Positions 9,535 to 18,328 of a DNA stretch of 55,137 bases are shown piece after piece. The notes beneath the pieces are model-generated. The model was not told the DNA's origin and did no database searches. It worked only from the letters and a program-made list of their open reading frames with translations. How positions within the stretch are numbered: the stretch's first letter is position 1; each line of letters starts with the position of its first letter. Location of the stretch: assembly GCA_043803165.1 (NCBI GenBank), contig JAZDKI010000002.1, forward strand, positions 1 to 55,137, written 5' to 3'. Position numbers and translations under genes: made by a program. The stretch comes from Candidatus Micrarchaeota archaeon. Its GTDB lineage: Archaea > Micrarchaeota > Micrarchaeia > Anstonellales > Bilamarchaeaceae.

Positions 9535-10068
9535 ATGCCAAGGATAATCATCACAGGCACCCCTGGAACGGGGAAATCAGAAGTCGCCAAAGCGCTCGCA
9601 GCTGAGCTCGGCCTCCCGCTGATCGACATCAAAGGGCTGGTGAGGGAGAAAAAGCTCGCCAAGCGCGACGAGGTGGACATCCCCCGCCTCGCAAAGGCCC
9701 TCGGTTTCCTCAAAAAGATGCCTGGTTTTGTGGCTGAGGGCCACCTCGCATGCGAGATCAGGCTCCCAACGGATTTCGTCATCGTCCTGCGGACGCACCC
9801 GAAGGCGCTCCGCAAGCGCCTCTCGAAAAGGGGATACGGCAAGAAGAAGCTCGAGGAGAACCTGCTCGCAGAGATGCTGGACTACTGCTCGCAGAGGGTG
9901 GTTTCCGAGTATCCGCGCAAGCCGCTCGAACTGGACACGACGGGGCGGACCGCGCGGGCCTGCGCCCTCATCATCGCCAAAGCCATAAAGCAAAAGAAGA
10001 AAAGGCTTGAGTGCGTAGACTATACCGGAGAACTGAAATCATACCTGGGATTGGGGCGATCGCGATGA
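9535..10068 (+). CDS. AK6/Fap7-type adenylate kinase
   Basis: IIITGTPGTGKS P-loop, EGHL motif, VIVLRTHP..LRKRL..RGY..KKLEEN. Confidence 0.88.
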   Translation: MPRIIITGTPGTGKSEVAKALAAELGLPLIDIKGLVREKKLAKRDEVDIPRLAKALGFLKKMPGFVAEGHLACEIRLPTDFVIVLRTHPKALRKRLSKRGYGKKKLEENLLAEMLDYCSQRVVSEYPRKPLELDTTGRTARACALIIAKAIKQKKKRLECVDYTGELKSYLGLGRSR

Positions 10069-10565
10069 AAGAGGAGAAGAAGATCATAGAGGCCGCGCTT
10101 TTCATGAGTTCGCGGGCCATGACCCTCGAAGAGTTCCGGACACTGACCGGCATCGGCGCCCTCGGCTACATCCAGGGCGTCGTAGCCGAACTGATGAAGG
10201 AATATACGGAGCGCGGAAGCGCGGTCGAGATCTCGGAGACCGAGGGCAAATACCTGATGCAGGTGCGCACCGACTACCTCCCCCGCGTCAAGCAGTTCGC
10301 CCAGGACACCGAGATCGGAAAGAGCGCCCTCCGGACGCTCGCATACCTTTCCAAGCACGACGGGATGCTCAAATCCGAGCTGGTGAAAAAGATCGGGACG
10401 CACGTGTATGGCGATGTCAAGGAGCTGGTGGAAAACGGCTTCATCAAGCCCCACAAGTCAGGCAGGTCGTCGAAACTGGCGCTCACCGAGAAGTTTAAGA
10501 GGTATTTCACGCAAGAGAAGCCTGAGCAGCCCCAAGAGCAGGCGCCCGAGCAGACAACGCTCTAA
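10065..10565 (+). CDS. scpB: Segregation and condensation protein B
   Basis: KIIEAALFMS, Y.ERGSAVEI, ALRTLAYL, VKELVENGFI, LTEKFKRYF. ATGA overlap with the upstream gene. Confidence 0.88.
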   Translation: MKEEKKIIEAALFMSSRAMTLEEFRTLTGIGALGYIQGVVAELMKEYTERGSAVEISETEGKYLMQVRTDYLPRVKQFAQDTEIGKSALRTLAYLSKHDGMLKSELVKKIGTHVYGDVKELVENGFIKPHKSGRSSKLALTEKFKRYFTQEKPEQPQEQAPEQTTL

Positions 10566-10637
10566 GGTTCTCTTGCTGACGTCCGATCGAACGGCGTTCC
10601 GTTCGATGGCCGTCACCTTGCTCACTCGCGTTCGCAA

Positions 10638-10719
10638 GCTGACGTCGCATAACCTGGTAGTGCGCTGGTCTTGAAAACCAGTCCCCCTGGGATCGCAGGT
10701 TCAAATCCTGCCGTCAGCG
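10638..10719 (+). tRNA. tRNA-Ser (anticodon TGA), long variable arm, CCA not encoded
   Basis: Acceptor GCTGACG/CGTCAGC plus G discriminator. Anticodon arm CTGGT-CTTGAAA-ACCAG. T arm GCAGG-TTCAAAT-CCTGC. Confidence 0.95.
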
Positions 10720-10778
10720 TTTTTCCTTTTCCGTCCAGCAAAGGCGCCCCTTAGCACCTCACGAAAAACGCTGTGTTT

Positions 10779-10852
10779 GGACCGCAGTCCAAGACGTCAG
10801 CGATTTATTATTTTAAAAAAACTCGGACCGCAGTCCAGGCGCTCAGCGATTT
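10779..10852 (+). repeat. Two 28-bp direct repeats downstream of tRNA-Ser (GGACCGCAGTCCAnGnnnTCAGCGATTT)
   Basis: Copies at 10779-10806 and 10825-10852, 24/28 identical, each with a GGAC-CGCA-GTCC mini-hairpin. Confidence 0.85.
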
Positions 10853-10895
10853 CCCTATCCAGCCCAGATATTCTCCAACAAACTGCGGCCTCTCG

Positions 10896-11336
10896 TTATC
10901 GCTGAAGCCCTTCCCAAAAGTGATTGCCTCTTTCGATATCACTGACTCTCCTTGCTATCTTTGCCGCAAGGGGATCCACTTCACACTCGAGCCAATTAGG
11001 TGCCACGGGAGCGTTTTGCCGGAAATCCTCAACATACCCGAGCAATGATCGCATTCCCTCCAATGAAGCATTGTGACGCGTCATAAACTCAAAAAGGTGC
11101 TGGATATCCTCCGCTCTCTGCACCGGATCTGCATGCACGACAAGAATCGATACCACTTTCTCCCTTACAGCCCTGTCGGTTTTAGCCCTGGAATCAGCGA
11201 TTTCGCTAAAAGACTCCTTTCCTGTCGGATGAATAGCTTCAGTTTGCAAATGGACGAGACAATCGCCTATCGATCCCACAAGCGCTCTCTTCGTCTTTTC
11301 TGCAAGCCCGCTTGGAATGTATCGTAATTTTCCCAT
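10896..11336 (-). CDS. Hypothetical protein (146 aa), lower GC
   Basis: ATG ORF with a TTTAAAA box just upstream. No family recognised. Confidence 0.55.
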   Translation of the reverse strand: MGKLRYIPSGLAEKTKRALVGSIGDCLVHLQTEAIHPTGKESFSEIADSRAKTDRAVREKVVSILVVHADPVQRAEDIQHLFEFMTRHNASLEGMRSLLGYVEDFRQNAPVAPNWLECEVDPLAAKIARRVSDIERGNHFWEGLQR

Positions 11337-11479
11337 AGATATCTTCTGGCTGGAAGGGTTTTAAATACCTTGTTTTTCTACTTATTAACACATATTAAAT
11401 ACCAGCCGCCGTTCTCACATGAAATCTTCTTCCCTCCCGCATCGTCCCTTTATTAAATCGCCTTGCCATATTATTGTCC

Positions 11480-11665
11480 ATGAAGGTCAAATGCGATAAA
11501 TGCAAAGCCTCGTGCTCTGCTGATGTCGACGAATTGATCACCCTCGGCTGGAGCCAGGCAACTATAACCAAGCCGGAGAGGAAGACTTTCACCAGGTGCC
11601 CGGCTCACCGCCCGGGCCTCACAGAAGAGGTCGGGAAGGCGCAGGGCATCAGGATAGGCGGCTGA
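11480..11665 (+). CDS. Small putative zinc-binding protein
   Basis: CDKC...GW...CPAH pattern, with a TTTATTAAA box upstream. Confidence 0.6.
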   Translation: MKVKCDKCKASCSADVDELITLGWSQATITKPERKTFTRCPAHRPGLTEEVGKAQGIRIGG

Positions 11666-11880
11666 TTTTTCCATATTGAAGAAGATAGATCGCGCTTTAT
11701 CGCAGTCCTCCGCTAAACGTCATTCTATTGGGGGATGAATGAGCAAGCTTGGCGGAAACCGTTCCGACGCGCGTCCCGTATCTCCTCTTCCACATGGGAT
11801 GGCAAGCAATTAAAACCATCCGCGGGGCACCGGACGGCTTTTAATATATTCGCACCGGTTATATCCTGGCGGGTGATGTA

Positions 11881-12276
11881 TTGGAACAAGATCGCATCGT
11901 CACGGAACTATTTTTGGAGAAGCCGAATTTCAAGGAAGTGACCCGGGCCGCAAAGGCGCTGGAGCAGATCGGCGTCAAAAGCATCATCATGCCCCCGGAA
12001 GACCGCGGCATCAACACGCATCTGATCATCGAATCGGCCGACCTTCCAAAAGCCAGGAAGAAGCTCAAGGATCTCGGCATCGAGGCCCAGGACAAGGAGG
12101 TCGTCATAATCAAGCTCGACAACCGTCCGGGCACCATGGCAGAAGCCACCAAGAGGATATCCGACAAGGGGGTCAACCTCCTCTATGCGTTCTCGGTCAC
12201 GATGACGCCGACGATGTCCTATGTCCTCCTCGGAGCGACGGACAACCAGGCTGCGTTGAAGGCGCTGAAATCCTAA
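11881..12276 (+). CDS. Tandem ACT domain protein
   Basis: LDNRPGTMAEATKRISDKGVNLLYAFS ACT signature. GGTGAT RBS before the TTG start. Confidence 0.82.
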   Translation: MEQDRIVTELFLEKPNFKEVTRAAKALEQIGVKSIIMPPEDRGINTHLIIESADLPKARKKLKDLGIEAQDKEVVIIKLDNRPGTMAEATKRISDKGVNLLYAFSVTMTPTMSYVLLGATDNQAALKALKS

Positions 12277-12328
12277 ACGCCCGACCCTGGAGCGCTCAAT
12301 TTTATTTCCTTCCTTCCCTTAGTCTATC

Positions 12329-13591
12329 ATGTCGGTTTCACTCATCCTAGGCTTGCAATGGGGGGACGAAGGGAAAGGCAAGATCGTCGACCTGCTCGCA
12401 GGGGACTATGACTGCATCGTCCGCTTCAACGGGGGCGACAACGCCGGGCACACCGTGGTCAAGGGCAAGGAGGCGTTCAAGCTCCACATAACCCCTTCCG
12501 GCGTGTTCTACCCGGAGAAGATGAAGGTCATCGGGAACGGCACGGTCGTCAACCTGGACACGCTCATCCGCGAGATGGACGAGGCGGAAGCGCGCGGCTA
12601 CCATATGAAGAACCTCATCATCAGCTCGAATGCGCATATCATACTCCCCTGGCACATCATCATGGACGGGGGGCTGGAAAAATCAGGCAGGATCGGGACG
12701 ACGAAAAAAGGCATCGGTCCGGCATACTCGGACAAGGCATCGCGGTCATTCGCCATCCGTGCATCCGACCTCCTCCTTCCGGAAGCGGATCTCCGGAAAA
12801 AGATATCCGTGATATCCGCCCACAAGAGGATCCTCTTCGAAGCCCTGGATATGCCCCCTTTCGATGAGGCCGGGCTGGTCGCGGGCCTGCTCGAGAACGC
12901 GAAAAAGGTCAGGCCGCATATCGCAGACACGCAGTTCGTATTGGACCGGGCGATAAAAAGCGGGAAGAGCGTCCTCCTGGAAGGCGCGCAGGGGGCCCTG
13001 CTCGATATCGACCACGGCACCTTCCCCTATGTCACCTCCTCGAACACGACATCCGGCGCCGGATGCACCGGAACCGGCATCAGCCCACAGAAGATAAGCA
13101 GGGTGATAGGCATCGTCAAGGCATATACCACCAGGGTCGGCGAAGGGCCGTTCCCGACCGAGCTCACAGATGATACGGGGAAGCGCATCAGGGAAGCGGG
13201 GCATGAGTTCGGCACCACGACAGGGAGGCCGCGCAGGTGCGGATGGCTGGACCTGGTCCTATTGAGATACACCTGCATGATAAACGGCGTGAGCGATATC
13301 GCATTCACCAAGATGGATGTCTTTGCAGGCCTCAAAACGCTCAAGGTCGCGAGCGCATACGAGATCGACGGCAAGAAGGTGACGGATTTCCCGCTGGATA
13401 ACGAGAGGCTCTCCCGGGCCAAGCCCATCTTCGAGAGGCTCGCCGGATGGGACGAGGACATCAGCGGATGCAGGAAGCTCACGGACCTTCCGGCGAACGC
13501 GAAAAAATATATCGATTTCGTCGAGAAGCAGCTCGGGATCCCGCTCAAGATAATATCCGTAGGCCCGAAAAGGGAAGAGGCTATACTCTAG
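12329..13591 (+). CDS. purA: Adenylosuccinate synthetase
   Basis: GLQWGDEGKGKIVD, GGDNAGHT, IGTTKKGIGPAY, EGAQG, GTTTGRPRRCGWLD. Confidence 0.97.
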   Translation: MSVSLILGLQWGDEGKGKIVDLLAGDYDCIVRFNGGDNAGHTVVKGKEAFKLHITPSGVFYPEKMKVIGNGTVVNLDTLIREMDEAEARGYHMKNLIISSNAHIILPWHIIMDGGLEKSGRIGTTKKGIGPAYSDKASRSFAIRASDLLLPEADLRKKISVISAHKRILFEALDMPPFDEAGLVAGLLENAKKVRPHIADTQFVLDRAIKSGKSVLLEGAQGALLDIDHGTFPYVTSSNTTSGAGCTGTGISPQKISRVIGIVKAYTTRVGEGPFPTELTDDTGKRIREAGHEFGTTTGRPRRCGWLDLVLLRYTCMINGVSDIAFTKMDVFAGLKTLKVASAYEIDGKKVTDFPLDNERLSRAKPIFERLAGWDEDISGCRKLTDLPANAKKYIDFVEKQLGIPLKIISVGPKREEAIL

Positions 13592-14543
13592 CGCCCTCGG
13601 CTCTCCGGACGAACACTTCCACGCAGCATTTGAGGGCCTCATCGGTGTGCGCCTTTAAGGAAGCGCCCGCGGCTTTGGAGTGCCCCCCTCCGGCCCCGCC
13701 GATCTCCCGTGCGACCTCGTCCATCACTTCGTTCAGGGGGATCCGGACGCTCTTCCTCGCCCTGGCGGATATCCTCGTCTCCTGGTCCTCTGCCTTCCAT
13801 TTGGCTATGAACGCGACATCCGCAGCCTCGGATATCAGGGATGCGGAGTCGCTCTCGTTGCTCCCGACCTCGCTTGTGGCGATGATGTATCCGCCGGCAT
13901 AGACGAATTCGACCCTCTTCATGGCGCTCAGCATCGCTATCTTGGCCTCATCTTTCGGATCCGGCTCGGCGAAAGACAAAAGCTCCGGGTACCGCGCTTC
14001 CGAGGCCTTCATCAGCCGGGCAAGGGTCTCGAACGTGTCCGCCCGGGCCGACTTGAAGCGCGCCCCGTCAGCGATTATCCCGACGCACAGGGCGAACGCG
14101 ACGTCCTTGTCCACATGCGGCTGGACCATCGCGACCAATTCTGATGCCGAAGGCGACTCCGGGTCCGTTATCTCGAACTCGCCTTTCATGTCCCTCCCCT
14201 CGCTCCGGTGGTGGTCTATTATCAGGAGGATCTCCCAGCCCCGGGCCTGGGGGAGCAGGGTGAAGGCGCTGGTATCCACGACGATCAGCCCGTCGAACCT
14301 CTTTTTATCCAATGAAGAGAGGGCGACGCTCTTTATGCCGAGCTTATGGGCGAGCATCCTCGCCCCCTCGTTCATCTCCTCTTCCGTGCAAATCACAGAA
14401 TCAGGCAAAATCCTGCTGAGGGCGAAAGCGGAGGCGAGGGCGTCGACGTCTGCGCGGCTGTGCGTCGCTATCGCGAGGTGCTTGCCCTTGTATTTGTGGA
14501 GGAACCGCTTGAACGTCTCAGCCGGTGGATCCGCCTTTGCCAT
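13581..14543 (-). CDS. DHH/DHHA1 family phosphoesterase
   Basis: THSRADVDA, VVDT, IIDHH, GGGHSKAAG. Sits at the usual end of the exosome superoperon. Confidence 0.9.
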   Translation of the reverse strand: MAKADPPAETFKRFLHKYKGKHLAIATHSRADVDALASAFALSRILPDSVICTEEEMNEGARMLAHKLGIKSVALSSLDKKRFDGLIVVDTSAFTLLPQARGWEILLIIDHHRSEGRDMKGEFEITDPESPSASELVAMVQPHVDKDVAFALCVGIIADGARFKSARADTFETLARLMKASEARYPELLSFAEPDPKDEAKIAMLSAMKRVEFVYAGGYIIATSEVGSNESDSASLISEAADVAFIAKWKAEDQETRISARARKSVRIPLNEVMDEVAREIGGAGGGHSKAAGASLKAHTDEALKCCVEVFVRRAEGARV

Positions 14544-14877
14544 AGCCCCTCATCTTCTCCTGGAGCTTTTTCTGGGCGTCCATGACGGTCGTGCGGAGCT
14601 TCTCCTCCTGCTTCGATATCGCGTTCAATTTGACATCCACCAGCTCGTTCCTCTCCTTGAGGTCTGTCTCGGCCGCGTCCTTGCTCGTGTGCAGCAGGAC
14701 CGCGCCGACGGAGCGGTAGACGTCGCCCTTGGCCTTCTTCAATTCTTCGAGGGCATGCCGTATCTCGTTGAGCTGAATCTGGAGCTGGTGCTTCTGTATG
14801 AGCAAAACCTCCAACTGCTTCTCCATGTTCTCGTATTCGATAAGCTCCCTGTTCAAGTCTTCCTGCTCTTTCTTCAT
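14518..14877 (-). CDS. pfdB: Prefoldin beta subunit
   Basis: Coiled coils flanking ALEEL....DVYRSVGAVL. GAGGTG RBS precedes the ATG at 14877. Confidence 0.93.
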   Translation of the reverse strand: MKKEQEDLNRELIEYENMEKQLEVLLIQKHQLQIQLNEIRHALEELKKAKGDVYRSVGAVLLHTSKDAAETDLKERNELVDVKLNAISKQEEKLRTTVMDAQKKLQEKMRGYGKGGSTG

Positions 14878-15116
14878 TTTTCGCACCTCGTGTCAATGCC
14901 CTCGATCGCCGCCAGCGCGCGCATATATGCGTTCGCCGAGGCTCGGAGCGCGACGACATCCGTCGCGCTTATCTCGATATTCAGCGTCCTGTCCTTCACC
15001 GACAGCTTGGCGTCAGAACGGCTTCCGACGCCCCCTTCATGCGAGACGGCCTCCATCGCGGCCCCGGCACTCTTATCGTCCGGGAACACCGCGGCAATGG
15101 AGCATCTCGCTTTCAT
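14874..15116 (-). CDS. pcc1: KEOPS complex subunit Pcc1
   Basis: RS...L.IEISATDVVALRASANAYMR motif and conserved gene position. Confidence 0.88.
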   Translation of the reverse strand: MKARCSIAAVFPDDKSAGAAMEAVSHEGGVGSRSDAKLSVKDRTLNIEISATDVVALRASANAYMRALAAIEGIDTRCEK

Positions 15117-15388
15117 CGGCTAACCTCTTTCTCAGATATCTTCAAAAGCCTTTCCTCGCCCCAGGACCACTTGCCCCCGGGGTCGATATCTATGACCACG
15201 ATCCTGGAGGCGACGCCCCCCTTCTCCTCTATTATCGTCATCCGGTCTTCGCCCATCCGCCGGGCATATGAGGCAAGATCGTCTATCGTCTTCTTGCCCC
15301 TCGCGATGTATTTTTCGCCGTTCGCTTCCGCCATGGATCTGGCGAGCGAACGTGTGCTGCGCGAGGCATACCTGCTTGTCGTGAACAT
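15113..15388 (-). CDS. Short Brix/Imp4-like ribosome biogenesis protein
   Basis: TTSRYASRSTRSLARSMA...YIARGKKTIDDL...IIEEKGG, and conserved gene position. Confidence 0.78.
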   Translation of the reverse strand: MFTTSRYASRSTRSLARSMAEANGEKYIARGKKTIDDLASYARRMGEDRMTIIEEKGGVASRIVVIDIDPGGKWSWGEERLLKISEKEVSR

Positions 15389-15407
15389 GGCGGGAAATCC
15401 CCAAGCG

Positions 15408-15548
15408 TCAGTCGCTCGAGACTTCCTTGGCGATAGGCGGCCTTGATTTCAGCAGTATCTTCGCCCCGCTTGTCGGGAACGCGAACTTCTCTCCGCCGGC
15501 CATCGTGACCGCGGTGCCGGTCTTCTGATCCTTGTAGTCTCCACCCAT
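15408..15548 (-). CDS. rpoP: DNA-directed RNA polymerase subunit P (Rpo12), cysteine-less variant; absent from the ORF track
   Basis: 46 aa: MGGDYKDQKTGTAVTMAGGEKFAFPTSGAKILLKSRPPIAKEVSSD. It has the Rpo12 C-terminal G.KILLK.RPP motif and the canonical position between rpl37ae and Brix. Confidence 0.85.
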   Translation of the reverse strand: MGGDYKDQKTGTAVTMAGGEKFAFPTSGAKILLKSRPPIAKEVSSD

Positions 15549-15569
15549 GAAAATTTCCCCCTTATCTAA

Positions 15570-15907
15570 TCATGATAAATTTTCAATAAACTTCATGAGG
15601 TCTTTCATCGGCGCCGCTCACGACGTCTTGGAATATTCCCCGATGACGCGGGCGGCTATCTCGCCGGCTTCGCTGCGGAACGAGTAGGCCGCGCCGGCGA
15701 ACTCCGCATCGCAGCCCCTGCACGCCCACATGGCGTTGCACTTGCGCATGACCTTCAGTTTGTGGCACTTGGGGCACTCGTACCTGGCCTTCTTGGATTT
15801 GATGGACTTGTCGACCATCTTCCTTATCGAAGCCCCATATTTCGCTGTCTGCATGAACATTTCCTCCTTTTTTACTCATGATAAATCTTCTGCAAACTTC
15901 GTGAGGT
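15570..15907. repeat. 32-bp direct repeat pair flanking rpl37ae (TCATGATAAATnTTCnnnAAACTTCrTGAGGT)
   Basis: Copies at 15570-15601 and 15876-15907, 27/32 identical, both intergenic. Confidence 0.85.
15618..15860 (-). CDS. rpl37ae: 50S ribosomal protein L37Ae (eL43)
   Basis: KYGASIRK, YECPKC, W.CRGC..FAGAAY. Confidence 0.95.
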   Translation of the reverse strand: MFMQTAKYGASIRKMVDKSIKSKKARYECPKCHKLKVMRKCNAMWACRGCDAEFAGAAYSFRSEAGEIAARVIGEYSKTS

Positions 15908-15923
15908 TTTACTCCGTCATGGC

Positions 15924-16721
15924 CTATTCTAGGCCTTTCAGGATATCCCTTATGTCGTTCCCTCTTTTAAAAGCTATGTCCATGGCGTCGATGAGCTCGT
16001 TCTTGCTGAGCGAGCCCTTGCCCTTCTGCATCGCGCAGACATGCTCCTCGGTCGTCCCGATCGTGAGGTTGGTCTCCGACACCCTCTCCTCGTCCCGGGA
16101 CGGGTCCACGAGCCAGTGCTCGCCCACCTTGATCATGGTGGTGGTCGTCGGGAGCTTGCGGGGATTCAACATCCCTTCGTATTCCCCGCGGACGATCTTG
16201 CCGCCTTCCACCCTGGGCTTCTTCGCGCACATGAGCGCGGCCGTCGCGGCGGTGGTCGCCGCATCGGTGAAGTTGCCGGCGTGGTCGAGCACATAGATGT
16301 CCAGATACAATCCGAGCACCTTGTCGGTCTCCACGAAGAACGAGCCGAGATCCACGCATTCCGCGCTCCGGATCGCCCGGTCTACCACCCTGGCCACCTC
16401 GATCGCCTCCACGCTCGGGGGGCCCGGCTCGAAGAGCGGCGAAGCCGTCGGCAGCAGCTCGGAGTTCGTCACAAGGACGCCTTCGGCCGGCCTGTCCGCG
16501 AAAGGCTTGACTATGTCGAATTTGGCCGACACCAGCACCTGCGTGTTGCCGATCCTGGCTATCGCGGAGCCGTCGGCGGTCTTCAGGACGTCCTTCTGAA
16601 TGGATATCGGCCTGAACTCGTCGAATCTCCTGCCGTCGAACCTGATCCCTTTCTCCAGCGTGTTTCCCATGATGTCCCGGCGTATGTGGGACATTATTAT
16701 GTCTTTTACCTCTTCTCCCAT
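15924..16721 (-). CDS. rrp42: Exosome complex component Rrp42
   Basis: RFDGRRFDEFRPI, ADGSA.ARIGNTQV, FEPGPP, VARVVDRAIR. Confidence 0.95.
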   Translation of the reverse strand: MGEEVKDIIMSHIRRDIMGNTLEKGIRFDGRRFDEFRPISIQKDVLKTADGSAIARIGNTQVLVSAKFDIVKPFADRPAEGVLVTNSELLPTASPLFEPGPPSVEAIEVARVVDRAIRSAECVDLGSFFVETDKVLGLYLDIYVLDHAGNFTDAATTAATAALMCAKKPRVEGGKIVRGEYEGMLNPRKLPTTTTMIKVGEHWLVDPSRDEERVSETNLTIGTTEEHVCAMQKGKGSLSKNELIDAMDIAFKRGNDIRDILKGLE

Positions 16722-16725
16722 ATGA

Positions 16726-17472
16726 TCACCATCTGACTATCTCGTCCTCTCCCTTCTGGTAGAACCTCTTGAGGGCGTCAGCCTGCACCTGGTGCACCTT
16801 GTCGCATCCGCGCTCGGCCATCTCCAGTATCCTGATTATCTCTTCCCGCGTGAGCAGCCCGTCCATCTGAACGAGGAGCAATTTCTTGTCCCGGTGCGAG
16901 ATGGCGAGCGGCGTGTCCGACTGGCCGAAGTTGTCCTCCAGCTTGTTGAGGTCCAATGCCAGCATATCCCCGGCCTTGCCGACCGCGACGGAAGCCACCA
17001 TGTCCTTCATGGGGATCCCGGCGTTCGCGAGCGCGACCGCGGCGGCTGTCACCGAGGCCGTCCTCGTCCCGCCATCAGCTGATAAGACATCCACGTAGAT
17101 GTCTATCTGGGTGTTCGGGAACTTCTCGGCGATTATCAGGTTCTCGAAGACCTCCCTTATCACTTTCGAGAGCTCGATGCTCCTCCTAGAAGGCCCGCTC
17201 CTCCCATGCTCTTCTAGCGAAGCGAATGGCGACATCATGTACCTGCATTTGACGAGCGCATGATACGGGCTCGCCTCGTGCCTCGGGATGCACTCCCTCG
17301 GCCCATAGACGCCGGCCAGGATCTTGTTGCCTCCCCATTCCACGTATGCGGAGCCGTCGGCCTCGGAGATAACCCCTACCTCGATGCGGAGCGGCCTCAA
17401 ATCCTCGAAGTCCCTCCCATCTGTCCTCTTCCCGTTTATTATGAGCGGGACCTTTCCTGTGCTGTCAGACAT
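16726..17472 (-). CDS. rrp41: Exosome complex exonuclease Rrp41
   Basis: RTDGR..DLRP, ADGSAYVEWGGNKILAGVYGPRE, PSRRSIELS, ADGGTR. Confidence 0.96.
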   Translation of the reverse strand: MSDSTGKVPLIINGKRTDGRDFEDLRPLRIEVGVISEADGSAYVEWGGNKILAGVYGPRECIPRHEASPYHALVKCRYMMSPFASLEEHGRSGPSRRSIELSKVIREVFENLIIAEKFPNTQIDIYVDVLSADGGTRTASVTAAAVALANAGIPMKDMVASVAVGKAGDMLALDLNKLEDNFGQSDTPLAISHRDKKLLLVQMDGLLTREEIIRILEMAERGCDKVHQVQADALKRFYQKGEDEIVRW

Positions 17473-18193
17473 ATTCCTCACCTTCGCTCTTCTCTCGCGA
17501 TCCGCTCTCGCCTGAGCCCTCGGACCCGGCGCTGTAGCCCGCCTCGGACCCTCCGGCCTGCCCTTCGCCGGGCCTCTCGGGCTTCCGCCCGCCCGTCTCC
17601 TTGCTGAGGAAAGCCGCCATCTCGTCGGTAAGCCCCGACTTGTGCGCCTTCCTCTCGATCATCTTTATCGCTTTCAGCAATAAGGGCATGTCGCTCCGGT
17701 CGCTCATCCAGACGTAGCCGTTGTTGCCTACCATGATGTCCCCGCCGGTGTAGTCTTTGAGCAGGCTTATCATGCTCGACTTCTTGCCGATCAACCTGGG
17801 CACCTTGGCGGACGGGAAGTCTATTATCTTGCCTTTCGGGAGCCTGCGGACCTCTCCGAGGTCCACGTCGCCCACTTCGGTCACCGATTTTATCCGGCAT
17901 ATCACGAAGTCGCCGAGCTGCAGCGTCAGCCTCACATCCCTGCTCGGGATGAACCCGCCCTGGGGCAGATTGAGGTCGACCTCATAGCCCGCGTGGCGCA
18001 CGTCCACCACCATGCCGACCACCACATCGCCGACGGTCGGCCTGTAGCGGTTCTCCAAGGGTATGTACCTTCCTTCATCATCCATCATGCCCATGACGGC
18101 GGCATATGTGGAGCTGCCGTCGTAATACGTGTTCGGCGCGCTCAACTTGCCCTCGGCTATCCGCTCGCCGGGCAATACTATCCTTCTATCCAT
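17465..18193 (-). CDS. rrp4: Exosome RNA-binding protein Rrp4
   Basis: IVLPGE, an S1 domain (Y.P.VGDVVVG), KH motif KVPRLIGKKSSMI, VGNNGYVW. Confidence 0.94.
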   Translation of the reverse strand: MDRRIVLPGERIAEGKLSAPNTYYDGSSTYAAVMGMMDDEGRYIPLENRYRPTVGDVVVGMVVDVRHAGYEVDLNLPQGGFIPSRDVRLTLQLGDFVICRIKSVTEVGDVDLGEVRRLPKGKIIDFPSAKVPRLIGKKSSMISLLKDYTGGDIMVGNNGYVWMSDRSDMPLLLKAIKMIERKAHKSGLTDEMAAFLSKETGGRKPERPGEGQAGGSEAGYSAGSEGSGESGSREKSEGEEYV

Positions 18194-18328
18194 TCAAAAA
18201 CCTCTTTTTGCCGGGGGCCTTTGGCCTCTCTCGGCGTTTATCTTAAAACCAGGAATCAGCGTGAGCTTTCTTCCTTTTCGTGTCTGTGTACAAATCCAAT
18301 ATATATGAAAAGATTTAAAAGCGGAAGT

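Noticed and set aside
10779-10852. Possible mini CRISPR array (two 28-bp hairpin-containing repeats)
   Set aside because: Only two imperfect copies, an 18-bp AT-rich spacer, and no cas genes in the window.
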